Below are positions 41,750 to 58,529 of a stretch of 64,000 bases of DNA, piece after piece (position 1 is the first letter of the stretch; every line of letters starts with the position of its first letter). Source of the DNA: the human T2T-CHM13v2.0 reference genome, Homo sapiens. The stretch is taken from the NCBI RefSeq assembly GCF_009914755.1, contig NC_060935.1. One strand, given 5' to 3'. The translations under genes were made by a program, and so were the position numbers. Below the pieces are notes generated by a model. It did no database searches. It was not told the origin of the DNA and worked only from the letters and a program-made list of their open reading frames with translations.

Positions 41750-42960
41750 ATAAACATTTATTTTCAGGCCTTCTACAAATCATGACTAGTAACCACCATA
41801 GATGTAGTAGTGACAGAAGAGACAGAGGGACAGAAATACTGATAATAAATAAGCAAACAAAATATTTCAGATATTAACATGTGCTATGAAGAAACCAAAC
41901 TGTGATATGTGCAGGTCAGGGTATGTATCAGGTAAGACCTCGCTAAGGTGTGGTATTTAAGCTAAGACCCAGGGGAAGAGCTGTCCTGGCACAAGAATAG
42001 ATGGGAATAAACTAAGTTTGTTCCTGGGAAGGAAGAAGGACAAGTGAGGCTGGAACTCAGTGACCAGTGGGAAGGGTAGGAAAAGATGAGGTAGGGGAGT
42101 CGGGTTAGCCTTATAATACCTAGTAGGAATTTGGGTTCTCTTCCAAAGACAATAGGAAGCCATGGAAGGGTTTAAAAGAAAGGAGGCATAATCTGATTTG
42201 CTTTTCAAAAAGATTTCTGTATCTTCTATGTAGAGGATGGCCCGGGGATTAAGGACGATAAAAACCTAATAGTTACTCGGTGCTTAGCTATGTGCTCTGA
42301 ATTGTCCTAAGAACTCTGTATGTATGATCTCCTTTAATCCTCATGAAAACTTTTTGAAATGAGTACTATTATAGTCCCAGTTTTACAGATGACAAAACCC
42401 AGGCATAAAGAGGTCAGGTAACTTGCCTATCACAGTAAGTGGAGGATCCAGTATGCAAAGCCAGTCTGACTACAGTTCCATGCCAATGCCTCTGAAAAGA
42501 AGTGGGGAAAAGCAGGGAGATGAGCTAAAGAGACTGCTGCAGCAGTACAGGCAGGAGAGGACAGTGGCTGGCCAAAATGGCAACAGTGAAACTCCTGGGA
42601 GGGATTCAGCTTTGCCAAGTGTGTTAGTGGTAGTGCCAACAGGACTCACTGATGGGATTTATGACTGGAGAGAAGGAAAGAGAAAAACAAGACTTCCAGC
42701 GTTTTGGTTTGAGCAACTGAGTGGATGCCAGCACTGTTTCCTGAAATGAATAAGCCTGGGAGAAGTACAAGTCAAAGGGGAGGGGAGGTGTTAAAATTGA
42801 TCAAGAACTCTATTTTGGACATGTTAGTTTGACATGTTGATTAAACGTCCAAGAGGAAAAGTCACAAAGCCAGTGAGCTATGGTGGTCTCCATTCAGGGA
42901 GGGGGCAGAAGATGTAATCAGTGGCATCTCATGGTCTTGTGAATCCTTCCTGGGTATAGG
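41750..42960 (-). mobile_element. L2 LINE 3' region with a nested MIR (~42265-42485)
   Basis: aacatttatt tail; ggaagccatggaagggtttaa...ataatctgatttgcttttcaaaaagatt; ttttggacatgttagtttgacatg. Confidence 0.75.
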
Positions 42961-44308
42961 GAGAAAGTGGCTCTCCCCGCTAGAGACCTTCAGTGGCTTG
43001 TAACAAGCAAGAGCAGAGCCAAATCGCAGCACAAGATTGTAACTTGTTCAAGGCTGAGAGCACGCTGCCCAGGCAACCCTCTGTGATCCAGCAAAGTCTG
43101 CCTCCCAGCCCCATCCTCTGCATCAGCTTCCTGGGAGCCTATCTGAGCAGCATTCTTTCAGGATGACCTCCAGCAAACCAGGCCTCCAGAAAGCAACAGG
43201 AAGCCCTCTGGTCCTGGAGGAGAGGCTGGAGACAGGAGACGTGGAAGAAAGATAAGTTATCGTGCCTCCTGCCGGCTTGGGAGAAGAGGACTTCACCGTC
43301 CCCTTCCACTTCAACACTCCCTTTTTTGGTCCTCCTATCACTGCAGCCCATCAGGGTATGAGGTCCTGGAACCACTTATAAGGGCCTGAGTGCCATGATA
43401 ATGAAAGGGTTTCCAAAATAAGCTTCCCAAATGCCCTGCTGGCACTCAGGCTACAGCATTTCCAGAAAAATGCCAACCTCGCTTGATAAAATACTTTTAG
43501 AATTGACACCTCCTTGGCTCAGATGAAGTGGGTGTGTGCTGGGGGTCAGGTAGAGGTTTGGAGGGGAAAAAAAAAGCAATTTTCAAAGTTCAGCTGAAAT
43601 GTCAGGAACATGAAGCAGCCCATGTTTACACAGAGCTTTCCAAAACCCAGAGTAGCTTCCAAGTCGCTTTTTAAAAAATGGCTACATCAACTTGTCCAAT
43701 GAACTGGCTTTTTACCTAAACAGAAACAGTACCAGGCTATTGCCATTCTCCTTGTCTCCTTAGGCTTAATCTCCTAATATAATTTATATTCCTATTGATC
43801 CTGATTGTTTTATTTTGTTATCCATATTTCACCCTTTTCCCATAAGTTACCTCAAATCCACTGTGGAACAGGATAAGCAATAAATGAATACTCAGTGTAT
43901 GGTCTTCATATTCCTGGATATTAAATGTTCAGATTCATGTAATTAATAAAGGTTGTTTACTGTGGATATTAATTAGAGGTTAAGGGGAGGAAATATCCTA
44001 ATTAATATGTAAAATACTTTGAAATTTTTATCTCTTACAGTAAAAAAAAGAGTCTGGTTATAATTAGCACCTGTATTTTTCATACTTTTCTGTCCCTAAT
44101 TGCCTAAACCATAATTTCTGGGGAAAGTAGGTGAAATCTTAATGTACTACATGTGAATGGGCGATTTTCTGGCTCTTACCATTCAAACTAGGAACAAGAC
44201 GCCAGTTCAGTAACTGTGTTACTTCTTGCAAATAAGACTTGTCAAAGCTACTGTGGGGAAATTGGGAAAAAGAACCTAAATCTATCCACAAATAAATATC
44301 GAATGTGA

Positions 44309-44585
44309 GGCTGGGCATGGTGGCTCACGCCTGTAATCCCAGCACTTTGGGAGGACAAGGCAGGCAGATCAACTGAGGTCAGAAGTTCAAGCCCAGCCTA
44401 GCCAATATGGTGACACCCCGTCTCCACAAAAGTACAACATTAGCTGGGCATGGTGGCATATGCCTGTAATCCCAGCTACTCGGGAGGTTGAGGCAGAAGA
44501 ATCGCTTGAACCCGTTGCAGTGAGCCAAGATCGTGCCATTGCACTCCAGCCTGGGTGACAGAGTGAGACTCCGTCTCAAAAAAAA
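44309..44585 (+). mobile_element. AluS SINE with a short right-arm deletion
   Basis: Dimer; gaacccgttgcagtgag lacks the usual ggaggcggag. Confidence 0.92.
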
Positions 44586-45275
44586 GATTAAATGTGTCGG
44601 TCCTTTTCTAGTGTGGGGAGGGGTAAAGGCATGTCAGTGCCCACTGCTATTCTCTGGTGTCCTTTTAAAGGTAGAAACATGCTTTAAAATATGAAATAGC
44701 CAGCAGTCTGGAAACACAACTTTGGAGACATAAAAGTTATTAGGTTTTCCAAATCACTGATATGAGCCAAAATCCTTACTGAGACTAGGGGGCCAAAGAT
44801 AGAACTGAAAGCCTTGTGACATTTGCAAACACCACCCTAAGTGCCTTCTTCAGGGATACTCTCTCTACATAATCCTGAATGTTGCAATTATTCAGATCCC
44901 CATGTGCAAGCAGCACATGTTTTTGAGGCTCATTCTCAAGGGACCAAAGGAAAAGTGGTATTTTTGTCTAGCATTTTTTTTATCACCAGAATTCACTATA
45001 ACCAGTATCTTGGCACTCCAAGAGCACACAGTGATGACAGATGCTTATAATGTTCACCCTGAAGACTTGCAACCTTGTGGAAGAACAGACGGATCAAATT
45101 ATGCCTTGTTGCAGTTTGAAATGTGTTTTACTGCCTTCTAATATTTTGAAGACTGACAATCTATGCAGCACACGGTAGGTGGCAACACTGAGCCAGGAGA
45201 ACATCCCATTTGCCAACCTTGCTGAATAGAGAAAGTTTAATATGATAATGAACCCCTTTTGAAAAATCAGGTCTC

Positions 45276-45592
<317 letters not shown>

Positions 45593-46754
45593 CTATTAGA
45601 ATAATGACAACAGGGACAAAGCAATTAAAAACACATGCCTAACAAATTTGGAATCAAAAGCACCATCAAATGTACTTCCTGGCATGTTGTCATTTCCCAC
45701 CTCCACTCTCCCAATCATTGGGCAAATCCAATTATATTCCTGGAGACACCCGAATCATGCCTCTTCTCTCCCTTTCTCTCCAGTGGCTTTTATGAAAATA
45801 ATATTCAACTTTAATGCATCTGCACTTCAGGAGACAGTGTGACAAGAACAATAAACACATTCACCATGTGCAGAAACCAGGGAAAATGAGTTCTGAGACT
45901 ATCTTTGCCAACCCCAGGTGTGGGCTTTCTTTTCCCTAAACTCAGGCGATATTGGAATGTAGCAGCTGTCAGAAAGCAGCAATGGCCTGTGCCAGAAATA
46001 CCTTTGCTGAGCTGCTCTAATTGCCAAGAGATAAGAACCCATAACTCACACAGACACTTGTAGCTCTGGCTCAGAAACAGCAGGCAGAAAGGAAAGAGCA
46101 TGCCTTCCAGCAATGTGACCTTGGGCAAGCTGTTTCCCTCCCCCTGAGCCTCAGTCTCCCTCATCTTTGAGGACTACCAGCAACATGTATCAAGTACCAA
46201 TTACAGGATTGGATTTATAGCAGGTTAATAACCTGGAGTCGTTGTTATTAACAATCTCCAAATTGTTAATAACCGTGGAGTAAAATGAGCTTGGAGATGG
46301 CCACCAAGCTCTCTGGACAAGAGACAGTTTGCACGCTTGAAAGGGCCTTGATTTCCTGGGAAGACACTACAAGAATCAGTCACATAAAATCCCTGAATGC
46401 TTTGGCCTTATTCATTTGTTCTAACAAATATTTATTGAGGGTATACCATGTGCCAAGATTGTGCTGGGCACTGAGGACAATATGGCCCAAGTCTCATGAG
46501 GTATATAGTCTAGTAGAGAACACAAGCTTTCAAAATAATCATCTAAGCACATGAGAATGTACATCTATGATAAACACTACAGAAGAGAGGTATACGACCA
46601 TCTGTATCATAGCCACCTAAATTGAGAAATTGGCCCAGTCTGAGGAGCCATATAATGAGGAGTGAATAAGACAAAGAAGAAAGTTGAAGAGGACCTTGTT
46701 TATAAGAAATTTAACTTAAAGAAACAAACTAGGAAGCACTTAGCTATCCCTTAA

Positions 46755-47177
<423 letters not shown>

Positions 47178-48287
47178 TAATGTGAGTGCCTTCGTATTCT
47201 TCCCAACCTCCTGGGTTTGTCTTTTTCCTCTTACTTATATTTTCCCTAGTCCTGATTTCAAATTCCTATTTCTATTTTATCATTGTATCTAGTGTTCATG
47301 GACCTTCAGAGGAAGGAGGCAGGATGCAAACACAAATGTTCTAATATTCTTCCTAAGGTTAAGGGGTTGAGATGGAAAGAATGAACAGGGTGCCCTTTGT
47401 GTCCCCTTGCTGGTGTGTTACCCTAGAAGCAGGGAAAGACACGTGGCTTCGTCTGCATTTATACAAATGGTGCATTCTGTTTGATTTGTGTGATCTAGAA
47501 TGATGGTGCTTTTTCCCATAGCCCCTTTATCATGTATTTATGCCCCAACGAGTAGCTTTCCTTGTGCTCATTTTTTTCTCTGAAACATTTACTGGTCTAT
47601 TAATACATTTAGTGAACTTACATTCTCAATATTCTAAGATAGGTGCCCCCCTCACTTTTTTTTTCAATTTTGCTCTTTTAATAAAGAAAATTCATTAAAT
47701 GTGTAACTGAAGTTCTCCCTTTATACCTTTGAAAGGCATGATATATACATAAAAATCCTTAATCAGACCATACATCATGATTTTTGGATCAGAAAATAGT
47801 CACCTTCCTCCTATAGTGATTAACATTCACATGTTGGAAGGCCGAAAACAGAATAGAGATGAGAAAGAGATGTGGGAGAGACCATTTTTCAATGTGCAGT
47901 TTATCTGCACCTCATTAAAAAATAGAATGCTTTAGGAATAAAACATCCATTTCTTGTAAAAAACAACAACAACAATGTTCCTCTTCCTGGGAAAATGAAA
48001 TTTTTGTAAATAATAATCAGACACAATTCAAGAAACCACAAACTGTGGCTCTTACCCTTCTCTGGTCCTTGCTTGAATAAAGCTTTGGACTGTCTTTCCC
48101 AGGAAAGAAATACACAAACACAATTTTTTACAATAATAAACACAATTTTGAATTTTAGAAGATTCAAAGATCTCCTAGAGGAATATTCATGAATTTCTTA
48201 GGCAGAATCTTCCTAAATGGAGCAAATACCTAAGGATGCCCAAGATCTTTGACAATGTGGCAAGAACATTTGAAAAAATATACTATA

Positions 48288-48591
<304 letters not shown>

Positions 48592-49439
48592 GAAAAAATA
48601 TACTATGAATATTAGCTATACAACATAGATAAAAGCTATGAAGATTAATTAAAATAATAGGAAATTTTAAAAATTTACGTATTTAGTTTTTATTGAGTCA
48701 ATTTAAAGAAAAATACTACACGGGTATTGCAAAAATGCAGAGGTGAGACAGGAATGCTTAAAGTTAAAGAAATACTGCACAGGCAATGCACAGATTCTAG
48801 TTTTAAAACTATGCAGATGCTGTCACTCACAAAGTAAATCATTCAGGGCCACTGATTTTTTTCGTGTTTTCTCTCCTCATGTTCCCCAAACCAATTAGCT
48901 TGGCAACATACCCTACTCCACCCCAACAAGGCCTTCCTTCTATTAATGAGCCAGAGAATTTCTGGTTTGCTGCAAAGTTTATGAAGAGTGAAAGGGTGCC
49001 TTGGGATAGAAAATGTGTGTGGGGTGAAGGGACTGGGGACTCACCCTGAGCTCTCTGGGCAGAGGTAACAGACCAGCTGCATTTCACTGACCCCTAGATC
49101 TGATGAGACCCAGACATCACCATAGGAAGTGAGTAAGAAACCCAATGGTTCAGAGAATGGTACCACATTTGCCAAGCCAAAGCCAGGGCCACTGGTGCCG
49201 GGGGCAAGAAGGGTTAGCTGTGTGGATCTGTCTCCCTCTTCATAAACAATCAAAACTTTAACATTCCTATCTCCCCTACTGGGCTGTAACTTCCAGGGGA
49301 AGAAGTACCACTTGTGTCTTCTCAGCCCTGTGTCTCTGGCCCCTAGCACAGTGGCTGGCACATAGTAGGTACTCTGAAAAAATGGAAGAACTATTTTGGG
49401 GTAAGGGAAGAGAAGTATCTCAGATCTTTTCTTCTGCTG

Positions 49440-49745
49440 TTTTTTTTTTTTTTTTTTTTTTTGAGACAGAGTCTTGCTCTGTCACCCAAGGCTAGAGTGC
49501 AATGGCGTGATCTGGGCTCACTGAAACCTCTGCCTCCCAGGTTCAAGCAATTCTCCTGCCTCAGCCTCCTGAGTAGCAGGGACTACAGGCAGGTGCCACC
49601 ATGCCTGGCTAATTTTTTTGTATTTTTAGTACAGACGGGGTTCCACCAGATTGGCTGCTGGTCTTGAACTCCTGACCTCAGGTGATCCGCCCGCCTCAGC
49701 CTCCTAAAGTGCTGGGATTACAGGCGTGAGCCACTGCACCTGGCC
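49440..49745 (-). mobile_element. AluS (Sx/Sz-like) SINE
   Basis: Long poly-T followed by a full dimer. Confidence 0.93.
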
Positions 49746-50694
49746 TCTTTTGTTTTTCTCTCTGGTGGCTAACAGATGCTTTGTACTAGTAGATGCTCAA
49801 GAAATGGTTCCTTTAAAAGTGAATAAACTGCCTGACATAACCAGTAAGTGTTCAAAAATGAAGATAATTACCTTTTTTTGTTTGTTTTTTTAAAGGACAA
49901 ATGAATCCAACATAGTGCCTTTGTTTTTTCACTTTCCATAGGCAAGTACAGAGTGGCAAACAAAAGGGGAGGAGTGATGGAGCCCTGAATTAAAGCTGCC
50001 TGTGGCTTCCCCAGGGCTGTAGACAACAGGCCCAGTCCTCCCTAGCCAGGTGGCTCTGAAGTCATTTCTATCTATTCCATCCCCTAGGGAAGGAATTTTA
50101 GGGCTGAGTGTGACACCAAGAACCAGGTGCCCTCCACTCTCTGGATAAACGATTCAGTGAAGATGTGGCATGTCTTTCTCCAACTCAACCCTAGCACTTA
50201 CCTCCAAGAAATAACTACACTCAGGAGAAGAAAAGTAGTAGAAGCGATGTCCAAGTGAGCTTCCCTTACTGGCTGGGTGAAGGAGGTGGCAAATCCCTGA
50301 GGTCACTCTTTGCTCTTCAAAAATGGGTACCCCTCCCTAGGGTGTCCTTACCCAGATGGGTCAAATGTTAATGAACAAAGGCTCCATAATCTCAGAGCTG
50401 GAAGCAATCCACAAGCTCAGGGCCCATCCCTTTATAATATCCCTGCTGACTGGTCGTCCAGCTTGGATGCCCCTAATGATGAGAGACTCATTATCTATCT
50501 TTGGGCTGCTCTATTGAACACCTGGATCTCTATTGTTTTTCTCTGAAAAGGAAGATGGTTTCCAAGGCACTCATGAACAACTTAGCTCATAGAAAGGGGC
50601 ACCACAGGAGAATCTGGTTCAATTTCCCCTTCTGCCAGCCTAGTGACCTCTTAATTTAGAATCACTGACTCATAGAATTTCTAGAACTAGAAGC

Positions 50695-50930
50695 AATGGC
50701 AATAATAGCTAACATTTACAGAACACTTACTATGAGCCAAGTATATGCTAAGAGCTTTATAGGCATTATCCTATTTAATACAACATTTAATTCTCACACT
50801 CTCCTTTGAGCAAGGTATTATTTATTAGCTTTTTTATACATGAGGAAATGAAGCCTCAGTGAGTTTATGTAGCTTGCCCAAGATTATACCATGAAGAAGT
50901 GGGTGAGCTAGGAATAAAATCCAAAGTTTT
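50695..50930 (-). mobile_element. MIR SINE
   Basis: aataatagctaacatttacagaacacttactatg...catgaggaaatgaagcctcag...cttgcccaag. Confidence 0.78.
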
Positions 50931-51174
50931 GTACTTAAAACCTTAAAAAAACAGACTACTATGTCAAAACCTAATACATAAAGTAAAGCAGCATTATGTG
51001 TGAAGGCCCCTCAGCCAGTGCACAAGCATGGGTAATTATAAGCAACAAACACATCTTGAACTCCTCTGCTGAAAGCACCTCTCTCGAAGGGATTTCCACT
51101 GCCTTGTTCACTGCTGTACCCCAGTGTTGCTCCTGGTACATGGAAGCATAAATATTGCTACCTGAATGAATCCA

Positions 51175-51370
51175 GTGTTTACAGAGTGTTTACTCACGCG
51201 TAAGTTCTAAGGATCTTACATGTATTTGCTCAATTAACCCTCACCACAGGTTCTATGAAGCCCATTTTACAGATGAGAAAACTGAGGCACAGAGCACTCA
51301 AGTGGTGTTCCCAAGGTCACACAGCTAGTGATAGCGGAATTCAAATTCAAACTTGGGGGGTCAGATTTTG
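51175..51370 (-). mobile_element. MIR SINE
   Basis: cccattttacagatgagaaaactgaggcacagag...cccaaggtcacacagctagtg. Confidence 0.8.
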
Positions 51371-52254
51371 TGCCTCATTGACTATACAGAACCAATCCAT
51401 TCCCTTAGAACAGGTCTAAGGAGAAAGACTTGAGGCCTGCAGGAGACGCCCTGAAGGCCATGTCAACAGCTAATGGCTGGGCTTCTACTATCAACCACTT
51501 CTGCATCCCTGACATCCTGCCTCTGGTTTTTCCTATTCTCCTCATAATCCTACTGTGAAGTAGACATTGGGGCCTTTAGCATCACCATTTTCAAGTTCAC
51601 TGCTCTGAACTCCCAGGAATGCCACCATTTATAGAGAAACTCAATGACTAGCACCTACTTCAACTCAGCTGTTGCTGACGAGCTGACTCTGCTCTTCTCA
51701 GCCCTGCTGTGTGAGTTCCCAGCTGTGTCTCACACACTAGTATCCCAAACACCATCGGGGAAGAGAGTGAAGAAGCAGAGTGGCAGAGAGAAGGCCAAAG
51801 ATGATAAGGAAGATTGTGAATGGTGCTTTCATCAGTATTTCACAGCAGTTTGATTCCAAGCCCACAGTTTAAAAATGAATTGCTGCGGCCGCTGTAAACT
51901 GCTGTCTTCTGGGCTTTGCAGCTCTGCAATAAAAATTCAATCTAAGCAAAGCAATTTCTCCACTTAGGCAACTTTCTTCTTGCCCCTCCCAGAGAGGTTA
52001 GGAGACTGTCTTTTAAAATAGTAGATAAACTGCTGAATGCCCTTTAGATTCTATTTCATAAATTTCTACTTCAATAAAACCACCAGTGACAATAAACAAC
52101 AATGCTAACGCTCAAAGTTGAGTTAAATGATTCAGAATAACTGTTCTAGATGTCCACTTCAAATGTAAAATTTACCTTTTGAATTTGAAAACAGAGCAAA
52201 CCCTGTAAACTTTTTAAGCTGACTCCCAAAGCTAACCTAACACTTAAAGCACCA

Positions 52255-52552
52255 GTATCTGATGAAATATAATGCAAGCCACATACGCAATTTCGAAACT
52301 TCTAGGTTTTTAAAAAGAGAAAATCAGTGAAATCAATTTTCATAATATATTTTACTTAACCCAAAATATTATTTCAATATGTAATCAGTATAAAAGTTAT
52401 TATTGCAATACTTTACTTTTTTTTTTTCTAGTATTAAATCTCTGAACTCTGGGTGTATTTCACATTGACAGCACATCTTAACCCAGACTAGCTGAATTTC
52501 AAGTGCTCCATAGCCACATGTGGTCAGTGGCTACCTTTCTGGACAACACAAA
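52255..52552. mobile_element. MER33-like hAT-Charlie relic
   Basis: aaatataatgcaagccacat...atatattttacttaaccc...tttcaagtgctccatagccacatgtggtcagtggctacc. Confidence 0.82.
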
Positions 52553-53060
52553 TCTAAAGCTTTCAAGTCCCAATTTAAACACCTGCACAGTCTCTCCCTC
52601 CCCCGATACAGGAAAGTACACAGACAGGGCAGAATCAGAGGCTTTTTAGCAGTGAGAACTTGCTGTTGAGCCAAAGCACAGCCTCTTACTCCTTATTTTA
52701 TATCAAATCCTGTCAAATCAACCACAGGCTTCAAAGATAAATGCTATACTGGAGTGACTCTGATTAAGTCATTGGGCAAGAAAATGGGAATGGGAAGGAG
52801 GGATTATTACAATAAATAAGAGTATTGATAATCCCTTACATTTACAGAGTCCACACAGAGATGGGTACTCGCATTCATCATTTCATCAGACACTCACACC
52901 TGATAACCCTGAGACACGAAGAACCTTCGTGACCAGGAGATCATCCAGGCAGACAGAGACAGTGCCAGGAGAAACTAAGCCCAGGGCTTGGCCTCAGAGT
53001 CCCAGGATCTGTCCTTGGGTTCCCAAAGTGCATAAAAGCAAAACTCACTGGAGGCACTTA

Positions 53061-53755
<695 letters not shown>

Positions 53756-54022
53756 CTATTCTCACCCAGGAGACCTCATTCACTGAATTGGACTGCTGGT
53801 ATCATTCTTTCTATGTATGTGAGGTACATCATAACAGACAGGTTAGTAAGACTTGTTGAATTCATGCTGAGCAAATTGTTGGAGATGTTTTTCTCTGTAA
53901 TTTCAGTGACTTTGCTCCAAGAATCCTGGAGAAAATTTCTTCTCTGTCTGATAATAACGTTAATAACCAATATTTATTAAGCATTTACTATGTTTCACAA
54001 ATATACATTATCTCATTAATGA

Positions 54023-54392
<370 letters not shown>

Positions 54393-56465
54393 CCAAAAGA
54401 GTTAATATTTTAATCAAGGTTAATTTGAAGTAGGTCTATATAATGCAAAAGCTTCATTATCATTATTCCTCCTAATACTAATACTGGTTTCTTTCTGGCA
54501 TCTAGTGTATTCTACTAGCCAGTAATAGTGTGTTTACTGTGTTGGCCTACCCTTCACACAGGTGTCTCTCCTCTGTGATTTCACAACCCCTGTAATTGAC
54601 TGTTGTCTGCCTTCCCCAAAAGACTGAGAGTTCCTTAAGGACAATACCTCTTCACAAAGTCCTGTAGTGCTTGGTAAGGGATGATGGATAGATGGACAGA
54701 TGGACAGATGGATGAAAGCCTGAAGGGCAGAGAAGGAGGGCTAGATCACTGGATTTTATCAGCCAGGCAAATAGAAGCTCCATAAAGTTTCTAAGCAGGG
54801 GCAGGATAAAAACTTTGATCCAGGAATATCTGGCACTCTGTGGAGGTGAGGGGTGGTGAGGGGACATGAGGGGAAGGGAGTAGTTAGGAGGTCCTTAGCA
54901 GATCTGAAGGGAAGGAGTCCCAATGCTGGGAGGCAGTAATGCCATATTAAATGGCAGTTTCAAAGGCATCAGGGATCTGGGCCCAAGAAGTGGGCCCGCT
55001 AGGGACCTGATTAAGAACAAAAGTCCTACAAAGTCTCATACTTTCACTCTCTGGCCTCAAAGGACACTGCTGCTCTGCCTTCCCATCTAGGTAACCGGTG
55101 CTCTTTGCTTTGCTTTTAAGGTATAACACATTCCCAGCCTCAAAATCCCAGCCTGCTCATGAGGGAGCCACAGACACAAACAGGCAAGATGCCCTCCACT
55201 GTCGTTTCCTCCTCACTTAGTGGGAAGCCACTCACTTTCCCAACCTCTCCTCATGGGGGCAGCAGGAGCCTGCTGTGGCGCCACCCATGATCTTTCCCCG
55301 TCTGGGTGCTTCTGCTTCTAGTTCCTGGGCTCTTCCTGCTAGAGACCTAAAGGTGGGCAATGCTGGCCAGGAGAGATGGCGTCCATGCCAGCCCATGTCC
55401 AGCCAGGCTGAGGCTTCTGGCCTTTCTCCCAGCACCTTCTCCCAAACAATCTAGACACTGGATAACCTGCCCTAAAGAGGACTGGACACCCCACCCACCA
55501 GAACCCTCAACCCTGGGACCTCTCCCCGAACGAACGTGTGAAACCCTCCTTTCTCACTCCCTATGACCAGGCAGGATTATACCAACCTTAAAGTGGAGGG
55601 GAGGGGGGGACTTTGAAATTGGTCACAGAATATTTTTAGGGTTTGGGAATCACAGGGATTTTAGTTTGTTTATGCTGACTTTTTTGATGTGTTCAAAGAA
55701 TTTCACTTTAAGTGTTTCCCAAGAGGTTTGCAAAATCAGTATGCACAGAGGATGCCACAAACCTGCCCACAAAGCCCTCCTTCAGTACCTAATTAGAATG
55801 GCAAATCAGGATATCTGAAGGCTCTAGGTTTTGAAGTGAAATTTCTGTAGAAAACAGCATAAAAGTACTCATTACTGACAGGCCTCAACTTGCTGTGGGT
55901 CTTAATGAGCTTTCTGTTAGACTCTGTTAGACTCGGGCTCCAGCAACACCCCCTCCCCCACAGAGACAACCTAGGGGAAACACTCCCTCGGCCACCATTC
56001 TGCTCGGTAAGGTATTTTCCTCTCCACTGATCAAAGTGGAAGAAGAAGGAGAAATTTTCAAGTTTAAAAACTCTCATTCCAACTTTGGAGTTTGCAGGCC
56101 CCTAATCCCCAGGTGAAAGGGTAAAGTGATTGGGTCATCTGGGCTGCTGGTTCCAAAACGCAGCTGCGCCAGCACCCCCTGGGAACCTATAAAGAATACA
56201 GAGGCCTGGGCCCCACAGGACCTGGCATTTTTAAACACCTTTCATGACCACTGACTAGGCTACTGTTTTCTCAGCTACTGGGTTGTACAATCACACCTGA
56301 AAGTATCACCTCACACATGTTAGGAGGCCATTATCAAAAAGATGAAAGATAAGTATTGGTGAGGATGTGGAGAAAAGGGAACCTTGTACACTGTTGGTGG
56401 GAATGTAAATTCGTACAGCCATTATGGAAAATGGTATAGAGGCTCCTCAAAAAATTAAAAATAGA

Positions 56466-57112
<647 letters not shown>

Positions 57113-57714
57113 CATGCATATATATACATAATGGAACACTAGTCTGCCTTTAAAAAGAAGAAAGTCCTATCATTTGAAACAACATGGTTAAACCTGGAGG
57201 AATTTATGTTGTAAAGCAAGCAAAGCACAAAAAGACAAATACTGCATGATCTCAATTACATGTAGAGTGTAAAAAAGGTGAGCTCATAGAATCAAAGAGT
57301 AAAACGGTGGTTACCAGAGGCTGGGGTGGGTGGAGGGGTTGGGAGATGTTGCTTGAAGGATACATAATTTTAGTTAGGCAGAAGAAATAAGTTCAAGAGA
57401 TCTATTGTACCTCATGGTGAGTACAGTAAATAACAATATATCGTATACTCAAAAATTGCTGATAGATTTTAAGTGTTTGTACCACAGAATAAGTATGCGA
57501 GATATTATATACATTAAATAATATAGCCATTCCACAGCTATCAAAACAACATGCTATACACAATAAATACAATTTTTGTCAGTGAAGCACACACACACCC
57601 CTGACTGTATCAGAATGTCCTCCATTGCCTCACCCTCCATTTCCCTCACATCAGGAAGGTAAGGCCATAGTAATGATGAGGAAGAAAGAATAGATAGGTA
57701 AGATGGTATCTGCA

Positions 57715-57826
57715 CAAATACATGTGTTCACACATACATGCACACATATATACTCGCACCCCACATGCACACACATGTGCACACACACAGAGTGAAGGAG
57801 GAACACACACACACACACACACAGAC
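57715..57826. repeat. Imperfect (CA)n simple repeat
   Basis: cacacatacatgcacacat...acacacacacacacacacacag. Confidence 0.85.
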
Positions 57827-58529
57827 ACCCCTCAGCTTCTCTTGCAAGTTCACAGGAGCTGGAGAAGATGAAAAGCACAGAAGCTTGAAGCAAGAAGCTC
57901 TTTTCTCACATCCCACATGGATGGAAGTACTTTAGCAGAACTTGATCATGAGCTCCAGGATTCCCACAGCCACCTCCGTGAAGCCCTTGCCCACTTTCCC
58001 GCTTCCAGGGCATCCTCAACACAGGTCCTGTGGGTTTCAGGTCTATAGAGACACCTCTCTGGCCTCCTCAGCATCATCCCTGGAGCAGGACGTCATTGCT
58101 TCTCAGCATGGCATTCAAGCCATTTAAGATGTGAATCTTTCTTCTGCTTCCCCTTGTGCCTGTCCACTCAGACAACCCAGACCCCTTGTCACTCCATACA
58201 CTGGATTTCTTACCTCTAAGCCTTGCTCATGTTGACTCCATCCCCCAGAAAGCTGCCCAACTCCCACTCTCTTTACCCCCTCCCCATCTCTATTTAGCAA
58301 GCTTTATCTGTCTGTCTGTTTCAGTGTAACCCCCCCATCTGCCTCCTTTGTGCTCCTCCCCACCATTCACCACTACACAGAAGCCATGCCTTCCACCTAA
58401 GCCCCATCTTCCCTGCAGGTGGGAAGGGGTGGCACAGGGTCCTGCTCACCTTCTAGGCCTCATTTAGAAGACTCTAGATGCTCAGCAGTTGAAATGCATT
58501 TATAATGTTGGTTTATTGTCCATGAAACC

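Noticed and set aside
43100-43380. Two overlapping minus-strand ORFs in unique sequence
   Set aside because: No recognisable protein similarity and no good flanking splice sites.
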